Below are positions 27,801 through 35,258 of a stretch of DNA of 54,367 bases, one piece after another. A model generated the notes under the pieces. It searched no databases, was not told where the DNA came from, and was given only the letters and a program-made list of their open reading frames with translations. The stretch's first letter is position 1, and each line of letters opens with the position of its first letter. The stretch spans positions 1 through 54,367 of the forward strand of contig CAZUEM010000004.1 of NCBI GenBank assembly GCA_964619155.1, read 5' to 3'. The translations under genes and the position numbers were made by a program. The stretch is from an uncultured bacterium (GTDB lineage: Bacteria; Eisenbacteria; RBG-16-71-46).

Positions 27801-28324
27801 TGCTCGGACGCACGGTCCCGGCGCCGGAGTCGGCGCTCGTGGACGTCACGCCCCGGCGGCTGCAGTCGTTCGCCGTCGCGCCGTCGGAGCCCGTGCCGTA
27901 CCGGGTCGTGCGCGCCGCCGACGGGGCCGTCCTCGCCCGGGGTTTCGCCGTCGCGGACTCCGCCGGCGCCCTCACAGTGGCGGGCGTGCGCGTTCACCGG
28001 GCGGGCACGCGGATCGAGCTCGGGTCGCCCGCGCTCGCCGGCGTCGCGGGGACGGCCGGCGCGGCGGCGCTGCAGCTGGCGTGCGCCACGCCGGTCCGCG
28101 GCGGCGCGCTCGCGGCCGCGGTCGTGTGGCCCGCGGCGGAGGAGAGCCGGCTCGAGTTGCTCGACGTGGGCGGGCGCCGCGTCGCCACGCTCTTCGCGGG
28201 GCGGCCCTCGCCGGGGCCCGCGCGCTACGGCGCCCGCGGGGCAGCGCTCGCGCCCGGGCTCTACTTCCTGCGCGCCTCGTGCGGCGCCCGGACGCTCGCG
28301 CGCCGCGTCGTCGTGCTGCGCTGA
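24884..28324 (+). CDS. 1146-aa exported multidomain protein: ~8-blade repeat region, FN3-like linker, alpha/beta-hydrolase (esterase-like) domain, C-terminal sorting-like domain
   Basis: ATG 24884 with signal peptide MNPTTRRLLTGLLAIGCALSPAPANA. Eight tandem ~56-59-aa repeats. Nucleophile elbow GYSMGG (about nt 27164-27181). The C-terminus (RLELLDVGGRRVATL..GLYFLRASCGARTLARRVVVLR) resembles that of the protein at 20826..22808. Confidence 0.8.
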   Translation: MNPTTRRLLTGLLAIGCALSPAPANAAGVPVSTAPYAQSAPRIVARPGGGAWVAWLDGRSGYSIDVYGAMLDAAGTPSTGGADQGLAFTDITCVKRDLTLVADGTGGAIAAWSDNRCSTPEGFDIFVLRLGADGRPAAGWPANGRNVSAAPDWQVQPALAPDGSGGAFVGWVELTGFLPRVVVHHVLANGTLDPAWPVAGITLAVAGAEAASPVLGPDGAGGFYIAWGDRRDGDLDLRLQRVSGTGAIAAGWPAEAIEACTAPDEQFEPRLIAGVSGVSLAWLDRRAEGTARVYACRFLPSGQRAPGWPLDGVAVAAGGGAQSDLVVARADVGGLRFAWAEDRGLGSGRDVYAQRVDSTGAVVAGWPASGATACAAPGDQYAPSFTPDGAGGAYFTWTDERDTLAGGRDVYVQRLDASGSVAAGWPVHGFALCADAGHQREPVLTGNGRGGAFAVWTDGRNDATTADDIVMREVAPAGPASVGVSGVTAAHHDGQTFVRWNAPPGHGWTYRVYASASPIADEGGLAAATLVGTARDSSASDARLSVLLGQACGYRTEAGGPELDPAGGLFVRTVPAPGASWYAVTAQPGALGEDRTVAAGSNALASAVAETVATPRPVLQRTVPFGGRDVELWTLWTWDEDAPGFPAMANEAGLPFPFGLVRGGSLGPLVLGFHARGGSLFDGVGGFLLPGEWVLALDDRLPNGESTFWFGYHRAYDVRTASSPPPMAGEVVGYTARRVDFLLDWVRRSCPVDTARVYAYGYSMGGMGATQLALRSPAKVAGVMTVIGQFDFSFEADPNPSCWFNPGGPFRALADRIWGPVSVNLPSAPGGTPVFDLLNGTAVAGQGAPGADLPPLLSFNGRNDVNVGWAEKPRFWAAMQAHRRGGWFYWDGREHGVAGASWIPMQTPADLLALRTDRSFPALSNGDADGDPGDGSPASGDSVGTLNGHLEWDVPLEDAAGWSVTLTLRPLELLGRTVPAPESALVDVTPRRLQSFAVAPSEPVPYRVVRAADGAVLARGFAVADSAGALTVAGVRVHRAGTRIELGSPALAGVAGTAGAAALQLACATPVRGGALAAAVVWPAAEESRLELLDVGGRRVATLFAGRPSPGPARYGARGAALAPGLYFLRASCGARTLARRVVVLR
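25004..26310 (+). repeat. Protein-level tandem repeat array (8 units of ~56-59 aa), probable beta-propeller
   Basis: Read by eye, the units share the consensus P.l.pDG.GGa..aW.D.R.g...DvY.QRvd.sG....GWP..G...c.a.g.Q. Example unit starts: PDGAGGFYIAWGDRRDGDLDLRLQRVSGTGAIAAGWP, ADVGGLRFAWAEDRGLGSGRDVYAQRVDSTGAVVAGWP, PDGAGGAYFTWTDERDTLAGGRDVYVQRLDASGSVAAGWP. The DNA copies are diverged and are not exact repeats. Confidence 0.75.
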
Positions 28325-28328
28325 CGGC

Positions 28329-31160
28329 TCAGCCGTCCGCCTTCGGCCCGCGCGGCTGGACGAACTGCCAGCCGAAGCGGCCCTTCACGCACAGGTTGCC
28401 CTGCGTGATCGGGTTCTCGAGAGGCGAGGTGGCCTTGACCAGGCGGCCGTCCTGTTCGTGCATGCGCAGCGTGCAGCCCACGCCGCAGTAGGGGCAGATC
28501 GTGTCGGTCTCGCTCTGGCGCTCGGGATGCCACTCGCCGGCCGCGCGCAGGTCGAACTCGGACTTCGCCATGAGCGCGCCGGTGGGGCAGACGGCGATGC
28601 AGTTGCCGCAGTAGACGCACGCGGATTCGGGCAGCGGCACGTCGAGCTCGGTCGAGATGCGCGCGCCGAAGCCGCGCCCGGCGACCGCGATGGCGAACGT
28701 GTTCTGGTGGTCCTCGCCGCACGCCTCGACGCACTTGTAGCAGAGCACGCACTTCGCGTAGTCGCGGACGTACAGGTCGTTGTCCACCTTGACGGGCTGC
28801 GCGACCGTGGCGGCCACGCCGTCGGCGGGCGGTTCGTGGTGCCCGGCCTGCGCGTGGTCGCGGTCCTCGGGGGGCGCGGGCGGGCCGAAGCGGTCCGGTG
28901 CGCAGCCGTACTCGCGCTGGAGCGCCAGCATCTCGGGGGCGGCGGAGAGGTCCACCGAGGAGCCCAGCAGTTCGAGCACCAGCCGCCGCGAGTGGCGCAC
29001 GCGGGGCGATGCCGTGTGCACCACCATGCCGGGTTCGGCCGCGCGCGAGCAGCTCGGCGCCAGGACGCGCGCGCCCTCGACCTCGACCACACAGAGCCGG
29101 CAGGCGTTGGCCTGCGCCAGGGTCTTCAGGTAGCAGAGCGTCGGCACGCGGATGCCGAGCTTCGCGCAGGCGTCGAGCAGGGTGGCGCCCCGCGGCACCT
29201 CGACGGCCCGGCCGTCCACGGTCAGGGAGACCACGTCGGCGCGTTCGGGCGCGGGGGCGACGGCGGGCGATCGCACCGGGGCGGGGGCCGCCGACGGCGG
29301 CGCGTCGCCGAAGAGCGCGAACTTGCGCAGCGCCGACTCGACCGCCGCGCTCGCCGTCTGGCCGAGCCCGCAGATCGAGGCGTCGCGCATGTGCGAGCCC
29401 ACCTCGTCGAGCAGCACCAGTTCGTCGCGGAGCGACCCCCGCGGGCGGCCGCCGGCGAGGCGGTGGAGCGCCTCCTCCTGGCGCACCGTGCCGACGCGGC
29501 AGGGCACGCACTGGCCGCAGGACTCGTCGCGGAAGAACGCGGCGATGCGCAGCACGACGTCGCGCAGGTCCACCGAGTCGTCGAACACCATGACGACGCC
29601 CGATCCGAGCGTCGTGCCCGCGGCGCGCGCGGCCTCGAGCGTGAGCGGCAGGTCGAGTTCGTCGGCGGTGAGGAACGTCCCTGCGGCGCCGCCCAGCAGC
29701 ACGGCCCGGATCTCCCGGCCTTCGCCGACGTCGCCCGCCATCGCGACCAGTTCGCGCAGCGTGGTGCCCATCGGCACCTCGTAGACGCCCGGGAAGCGCA
29801 CGCTGCCGCTCAGGCAGAAGAGCCGTGTGCCGGTGGACTGCGCGGTGCCGCGCCGCGCGTAGGCCGCGCCGCCCTCGAGCACGATGCCCGGGACGTTGGC
29901 CAGCGTCTCGACGTTGTTGACGACGGTCGGGCGGCCGAACAGGCCGTGTTCGGCCGGGAACGGCGGCTTGCTGCGAGGCTCGCCGCGCCGTCCCTCGATG
30001 GACTCGAAGAGCGCGGTCTCCTCGCCGCAGATATAGGCGCCCGAGCCGCGCCGCACCTCGATGTCGAACGAGAACTCCGAGCCGAGGATGCGCTCCCCGA
30101 GCAGCCCGGCGGAACGCGCGGCCGACAGGGCGTTCGTCATGCGCTGGAACGCGAACGGGTACTCGGCCCGCACGTAGAGCCAGCCCTTCGTGCACCCGGC
30201 CGCGAACGCGGCGATGGTCATGGACTCCACGATCGCGAACGGATCGGCGCACAGCAGCACGCTGTCCTTGAACGTGCCGGGCTCGGATTCGTCGGCGTTG
30301 CAGACGAGGTGCTTCGGGCCCGCGGGCTGGGCGCGCACCGCCTGCCACTTGCGCGCGGTCGGGAAGGCGGCGCCGCCGCGGCCGACCAGACCGGCGGCGT
30401 CCACCTCGCGGATCACCGCCTCGGCGCCGATCTCGAGCGCGCGCGCGAGCGCCGCGTAGCCGCCCGATGCGCGGTAGGCCTCGAGGCGGGTCGGGTCCAC
30501 GACGCCGACGCGCCGCAGCAGCACCAGCGTCGGGTCGCCGCGCTGGGGGACGTCCGGGTGGGTCTCGCCGTCGGGCGGCGGCACCGGCCCCGCGAGCATG
30601 GTATGCACCGTGTGCGGCGTGACGTGGCCGATCAGGATCTCCTTCGGCTCCGCGCCGGCCTCGGTGAAGAGCGCCACGGGCCCGGCGTCGCAGAGCCCCA
30701 GGCAGGGCGAGCGCATCCAGCCCGAGGCCGCGTGGCCGTCGCCGTGCGGCAGCGGCGGACCGGCTTCGCGCTCGATCCGCTCGCACAGGCCGGACGCGCC
30801 GCGCGCCCGGCAGCCGATGTCGTCGCACACGTGCACGACGCGCTTCGGGCGCGGCGTGGTGGCGAGCAGCGCGTAGAAACTGGCCACCGACCAGCCTTCC
30901 GCCGGCGGCACGCCGAGGCGTTCGCAGACGTAGTTGAGCCCGCCGGCCGTGACCCAGCCCGCGCGAGCCTGCAGCGCCTGCAGCGCGGGCAGCAGGAGCG
31001 TGCGGCGCTCGCGCTGTTCGCGCCCGCCGTGCGCGACGCGCGCGTCGCGGTCCGAGCCGCGGGGGCCGCCGTCCCAGGCGGAGCGGGGAGGGCCGAGCAG
31101 CGCGTCCACGGCGGCGCGCTCGTCGGGGGTCGGGGCGGCGTCGAGGAGGCGGATGTCCAT
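28329..31160 (-). CDS. Fused NuoE-like / NuoF-like / NuoG-N-terminal-like iron-sulfur flavoprotein carrying the formate dehydrogenase N-terminal Fe-S modules (FdsG-FdsB-FdsA' fusion)
   Basis: ATG 31160 (MDIRLLDAAP) shares one nt with the upstream stop (TGATG). NuoE-type 2Fe-2S: VCDDIGC..SPCLGLCD. NuoF: GRGGAAFPTARKW, CNADESEPGTFKD, ESCGQCVPCRVG. NuoG-type 2Fe-2S: TVDGRAVEV..CRLCVVEV. Two 4Fe-4S ferredoxin motifs: CVLCYKCVEAC and CVYCGNCIAVCPTGA. The last 55 aa carry the MopB-type 4Fe-4S motif CPYCGVGC..CVKGRFGWQFV (nt about 28391-28496), and then the protein stops. Confidence 0.85.
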   Translation of the reverse strand: MDIRLLDAAPTPDERAAVDALLGPPRSAWDGGPRGSDRDARVAHGGREQRERRTLLLPALQALQARAGWVTAGGLNYVCERLGVPPAEGWSVASFYALLATTPRPKRVVHVCDDIGCRARGASGLCERIEREAGPPLPHGDGHAASGWMRSPCLGLCDAGPVALFTEAGAEPKEILIGHVTPHTVHTMLAGPVPPPDGETHPDVPQRGDPTLVLLRRVGVVDPTRLEAYRASGGYAALARALEIGAEAVIREVDAAGLVGRGGAAFPTARKWQAVRAQPAGPKHLVCNADESEPGTFKDSVLLCADPFAIVESMTIAAFAAGCTKGWLYVRAEYPFAFQRMTNALSAARSAGLLGERILGSEFSFDIEVRRGSGAYICGEETALFESIEGRRGEPRSKPPFPAEHGLFGRPTVVNNVETLANVPGIVLEGGAAYARRGTAQSTGTRLFCLSGSVRFPGVYEVPMGTTLRELVAMAGDVGEGREIRAVLLGGAAGTFLTADELDLPLTLEAARAAGTTLGSGVVMVFDDSVDLRDVVLRIAAFFRDESCGQCVPCRVGTVRQEEALHRLAGGRPRGSLRDELVLLDEVGSHMRDASICGLGQTASAAVESALRKFALFGDAPPSAAPAPVRSPAVAPAPERADVVSLTVDGRAVEVPRGATLLDACAKLGIRVPTLCYLKTLAQANACRLCVVEVEGARVLAPSCSRAAEPGMVVHTASPRVRHSRRLVLELLGSSVDLSAAPEMLALQREYGCAPDRFGPPAPPEDRDHAQAGHHEPPADGVAATVAQPVKVDNDLYVRDYAKCVLCYKCVEACGEDHQNTFAIAVAGRGFGARISTELDVPLPESACVYCGNCIAVCPTGALMAKSEFDLRAAGEWHPERQSETDTICPYCGVGCTLRMHEQDGRLVKATSPLENPITQGNLCVKGRFGWQFVQPRGPKADG

Positions 31161-33091
31161 CAGGGCGTTCCCGTGGCGTTCGCGAGCGCGGGCTCCACGC
31201 GCACCGCGCAGGCCTTGAACTCCGCCGTCCCCGACTTCGGGTCGGCGGCGTCGATGGTGAGGAGGTTGGTCGCCACGTCGTCGGGGAAGTGCAGCGTCAT
31301 GAAGACGAGGCCCGCGCGCAGCCCGGCGTCCACGCGGGCGGGGGCGGTGAGCGACCCGCGCCGCGACGTGACGCGGACGGGGTCGCCGGTCTCGACGCCG
31401 AGGCGCGCCGCGTCCTCGGGCGAGAGGTCGAGCGTCTCGCCGAAGTGCAGGGGCGAGGCGTAGCCGCTCGTCTGCACCCCCGTGTTGTACGACTCGAGCC
31501 GGCGGCCCGTGGTGAGCAGGAACGGGTATTCCGCGTCCGGCTTCTCCGCGGGGCCCACCCAGCGGACGACCGAGAACGGCGCCGGGCGCCCGCCGAGCGG
31601 CTCCTCCCAGAGGCGCCCGTGCAGGAACGGCGTTCCGGGGTGGGACTCGTCGGGGCAGGGCCACTGGATGCCCTGCAGCGCCTCGAGCCGGGCGTAGCTC
31701 ATGCCGCCCGCGAACTCCGGCGCGACCGCGCGGAACTCGTTCCACAGCTCCTCGGCCGACGGCGAGCCGAGATCGGTCCCGAACCGGCGCGCGAGCTCGG
31801 CGAGGATCCACAGTTCGTCGCGCGCGCCCTCGGGCGGCGCGACGGCGCGGCGCACGCGCTGCACGCGGCGCTCGCTGTTCGTGACCGTACCCTCGCCCTC
31901 GACCCAGGTGGCCGCCGCGGGCAGCACGACGTGCGCGAACTCGGCGGTCCGGGTCAGGAAGATCTCCTGCACGACCAGGTGCTCCAGCCCGGCGAGAAGC
32001 TGCTCGACGTGGCCGGCGTCGGCGTCGGACTGGGCCGGGTTTTCGCCGATCACGAACAGCGAGCGGAGATCCCCGCGGCCCATCGCTCGCAGCATCTCGG
32101 TCAGGTTCCAGCCGTATCGCGGCTGGATCGGCACGCCCCAGCGCGCCTCGAAGCGCGCGCGCACCGCCGGGTCGAGGATGTCCTGGAAACCCGGCAGCCG
32201 GTTCGGGATCGCGCCCATGTCGCCGCCGCCCTGCACGTTGTTCTGCCCGCGGAGCGGGTTGCAGCCGCTGCCGCGCCGCCCGACGTGGCCGGTGAGCAGC
32301 GTGAGGTTGATGAGCGCGAGGACGTTGTCCACCGCGTCGTGGTGCTCGGTGATCCCGAGCGTCCAGCAGATCATGGCCTTGCCGGCCTTCGCGAACGCGT
32401 GCGCCGCCTCGCGGATCACGTCGCCCGGCACGCCCGTCACGCGCTCGGCGTACTCGAGCGTGTACGGCTCGACCGCCTCGCGGTAGGCCTCGAACCCGGT
32501 CGTGGCGTGCCCGATGAAGCGCCGGTGGTGGAGGCCGGCGGCGATGATCTCGCGCCCCATGGCGTTCGCCAGCGCGATGTCGCTGCCCACGTCGAGCCCC
32601 AGCCAGACGTCGGCCCAGCGGGCGGACGACGTCCGCCGCGGGTCCATCACGTACAGCCGCGTGCCGCGGTGCAGCCCCTTCAGCAGGTGGTGGAACCAGA
32701 TGGGGTGCGCTTCACGCGCGTTCGAGCCCCAGAGGAAGACGACGTCCGTCTCCTCCACCTCCTGGTAGGAGTTCGTCCCGCCACCCGCACCGAAGACCGT
32801 CGCCAGACCGACGACGCTGGGCGCGTGTCAGGTACGGTTGCAGCTGTCGATGTTGTTCGTGCCGAACGCGACGCGGGCCAGCTTCTGCGCCAGGAAGTTC
32901 ACCTCGTTGGTGGACTTCGAGCAGCTGAAGATGCCGAGCGCGTTCGGCCCGTGCGCGTCGCGCACGCGGCGGAACCCCGACGCGGCGCGATCCAGCGCCT
33001 CGTCCCAGCTCGCGGGCCTCAGGCGGCCGTTCTCGCGGACGAGGGGCTGCGTCAGGCGGGCGTTGGGGCGGGGGCTGAAGCGAGCGGACAT
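31160..33091 (-). CDS. fdhA: Formate dehydrogenase catalytic (molybdopterin) subunit, selenocysteine-containing, lacking the N-terminal Fe-S domains
   Basis: ATG 33091 is preceded by GGAGGT. The in-frame TGA at 32830-32828 sits in the motif NNIDSCNRT-U-HAPSVVGLATVFGAGGGTNSYQEVEETDVVFLWGSNAREAHP, which is the active-site Sec/Cys-His context of FdhF/FdhA. The frame is continuous with ORF 31160..32758 (RGQNNVQGGGDMG and others). The ORF track shows the gene as two ORFs (32828..33091 and 31160..32758). Confidence 0.85.
32799..32815 (-). promoter_or_regulatory. Bacterial SECIS-like hairpin downstream of the in-frame UGA
   Basis: mRNA: UGA CAC GCG CCC AGC GUC GUC GGU CUG GCG AC. A 6-bp stem GUCGUC/GGCGAC (one G-U pair) closes the loop GGUCU and starts 12 nt after the UGA. 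As I recall it, the GGUCUG element sits at the same codon offset as in the E. coli fdhF SECIS. Confidence 0.7.
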
Positions 33092-33178
33092 GACCGACCT
33101 CCGGGAACGGAACGTGCGAGACGGACGACCGCAGGATGGACGAGGCCCCGCCCCGGTGGCAAGCGCGCGGCGCGACCG

Positions 33179-35179
33179 CTAGCGCAGGACGAAGACGCGG
33201 ACGAGCGTGTTGCCGATGCCGACGAGCGCCGCGCCCGCCACGAGGCCCGCGCACACGGGCTCGTGCGAGCCGATCCACAGCCGGTGCCCCGTCGTGCCGG
33301 GACGCTTCGCCCAGCGCCGGTTCGCGAGCTCGAAGAACGCGGCGCCGGCGAACATGGCCATCGTGGACTCCGGCGGCACCAGCACGCCGAGCCCGATCGC
33401 GAGCGGGCTCAGCCAGAAGCGCCCGCCGGTGACGATGCGCAGCACCTCGAAGGCGACGCCCGCCACGGCGGCCGCGATCATGGACGCGACGATCGAGTCC
33501 GTGAGCAGGGTGCCCTGGCCGCCCGCCCCGAAGATGGACGTGACCAGCTCCGAGACGCCCTTCCACTGCACCGCCGAGGGGAAGCTGAACTGGCCGTCCT
33601 CCGGGGCCATCGCGGCCTGGACGCTGGCGCCCGGCTTCCAGTCCGAAAGGAACAGGGCGTAGAAGAGCGGCGTCGAGGCGAGCGCGCCGGCGACGATGCC
33701 GATCGCGTGCCCGATCGCCTGCTGGCGGGGCTTGGCGCCGAGCATGTAGCCGGGCTTGATGTCCATGAGCAGGTTCGAGGCGTTCGACGCCACCTCGACG
33801 CACATGACGCCGGTCATGAGGTTCGTGGGCGGGTGCTTCGGGTCGAGGGCGCCGAACGTGAACTGCGGGATCTTCGAGAGCGCGCCGGTCGGGGTGATGC
33901 TGGTCATCGCGGTGCTGCGCGCCGCGATCAGCGTGAGCAGCACGATCATCGGGATGGCCAGCGCGCCCCACAGCGGGTGGACGCCGAACCAGTGCCACGC
34001 CATCCACACGCCGACGGCCCCGACCACCGGGATGCCCACGTACGAGACGGGCAGCGGCAGTTCGAGGTGCGCGACCGGGTCCCCGGCGGCGGGCCGGGCC
34101 GGCCCGGTCCGCCGGAACCCCTTCACCAGGTCGAGGAACACCTGCGGCTTCGCGAACAGCGAGACGAGCGACGCCGAGACCATGATCGCGATGCCCCACC
34201 ACAGCGACCAGCCGTTCACCACGTGGACGCGGCCGAAGACCGCGGTGCCGTCGGCGAGCGAGCCCGAGCGCGGCGCGATCTCGCCCGCGTGGATCATCCA
34301 CGGCACGAGCACCACGAAGTTGACGACCATGCCCACCAGCAGGCTGGTCGCGGTGCGGATGCCCATCAGGCCGCCGGCCCCGAACATCGCCCAGTCGAGC
34401 GCGGGCCGCAGCCCGAGCTGGCGGAAGTCGATCCCGGCCACGGTCGGCGCGGCGGCGAGGCCACGGTCCACGAGGCCGTAGTACCACTGGTCCAGCTCGC
34501 GCGGCAGGAACCATGCCCTCTCGAGCCCCGCGAGCCGCTCCTGGATCCAGCGCATGTACGACTCGCCGGAGACGAAGGTCACCGTCCCGGCGACGAGCGC
34601 GGCGAAGCCGAGGGCCTTGGCCTTGAACACGCCGATCGCCGCGTCGGCGGTGTAGAGCGTGTCGAGCACCACGCCGCAGGCGCGCCCCTGCGGGAACGGC
34701 TGCTGCTCGTCGTTGATGAACATCCGCTTCATCGGGAAGGCGACCAGCACCCCGAGCAGCGACAGCACGACGTTGAAGGCCAGCATGGGCAGCCACGGCA
34801 GCGGCTCGTTCTGGATCCACATGTAGGCCGCCAGCCCCGAGGTGAGCGGCCCGGTCATGTAGCCCGCCGCGGTCGCCACCGACTGCGTGGCGTTGTTCTC
34901 GAGGATGGTCATGTCCTTCGCGCCGAGCGTCGCGAGCAGCCGGTAGAGCGCGAACGACAGGATCACCGAGGTCAGCCCGACGCCGAGCGTCCAGCCCGTC
35001 ATCGCGCCCACGTAGAGGTTCGTGGCGCTCAGCAGCCCGCCGAGGACGAAGCCCGTGAGCGCGGCGCGGACCGTGAGCTGCGGCATGTCGCCGCGGTAGA
35101 CCTTTTCCAGCCACCAGCGGTCCTTCTGCTCGCGGCTCCAGTCGCGGACCTGCTGCTCGGTCAGGTGCTCGATCGCCAT
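33179..35179 (-). CDS. OPT-family oligopeptide transporter
   Basis: ATG 35179 (MAIEHLTEQQ..) is preceded by GGAGGG. 666-aa polytopic membrane protein with an OPT-like N-terminus (QLTVRAALTGFVLGGLLSATNLYVGAMTGWTLG) and about 14-16 hydrophobic segments. Confidence 0.8.
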   Translation of the reverse strand: MAIEHLTEQQVRDWSREQKDRWWLEKVYRGDMPQLTVRAALTGFVLGGLLSATNLYVGAMTGWTLGVGLTSVILSFALYRLLATLGAKDMTILENNATQSVATAAGYMTGPLTSGLAAYMWIQNEPLPWLPMLAFNVVLSLLGVLVAFPMKRMFINDEQQPFPQGRACGVVLDTLYTADAAIGVFKAKALGFAALVAGTVTFVSGESYMRWIQERLAGLERAWFLPRELDQWYYGLVDRGLAAAPTVAGIDFRQLGLRPALDWAMFGAGGLMGIRTATSLLVGMVVNFVVLVPWMIHAGEIAPRSGSLADGTAVFGRVHVVNGWSLWWGIAIMVSASLVSLFAKPQVFLDLVKGFRRTGPARPAAGDPVAHLELPLPVSYVGIPVVGAVGVWMAWHWFGVHPLWGALAIPMIVLLTLIAARSTAMTSITPTGALSKIPQFTFGALDPKHPPTNLMTGVMCVEVASNASNLLMDIKPGYMLGAKPRQQAIGHAIGIVAGALASTPLFYALFLSDWKPGASVQAAMAPEDGQFSFPSAVQWKGVSELVTSIFGAGGQGTLLTDSIVASMIAAAVAGVAFEVLRIVTGGRFWLSPLAIGLGVLVPPESTMAMFAGAAFFELANRRWAKRPGTTGHRLWIGSHEPVCAGLVAGAALVGIGNTLVRVFVLR

Positions 35180-35230
35180 GCGGCCCTCCGGGTGCGGATC
35201 GGGAGCCGGCACCTTAGCGCGCGCGCCGCC

Positions 35231-35254
35231 CCGCGGGCGAGTGCGCGCCCGCGG
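35231..35254 (-). terminator. Terminator-like hairpin between the flippase gene and the OPT gene
   Basis: Perfect 9-bp stem (ccgcgggcg / cgcccgcgg) with a 6-nt loop, 5 nt downstream of the flippase stop on the minus strand. No U-tract. Confidence 0.35.
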
Positions 35255-35258
35255 TCCT

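Noticed and set aside
24184-28491. 1435-aa ORF (+) in an alternative frame across glnS (antisense) and the repeat/esterase gene. Related cases are 24188..26401 (-), 26516..27997 (-) and 28261..30828 (-).
   Set aside because: These are extremely Arg/Gly/Pro/Ala-rich with no domain signatures. Each overlaps a frame with strong motif support (GlnRS HIGH/KMSKS, the 8 repeats, NuoF motifs). They are artefacts of stop-codon paucity at this GC content.
31160-33091. An alternative reading of the FDH catalytic gene, either as a nonsense-mutated pseudogene or as two separate genes (an 87-aa ORF plus a 532-aa ORF starting MEETD).
   Set aside because: The TGA falls exactly at the catalytic Sec/Cys position. 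Conserved sequence continues in frame on both sides. A SECIS-like hairpin follows at the expected distance. The downstream ORF's start is an internal GVG-context GTG with no SD. The pseudogene option remains open only if the genome lacks sel genes.
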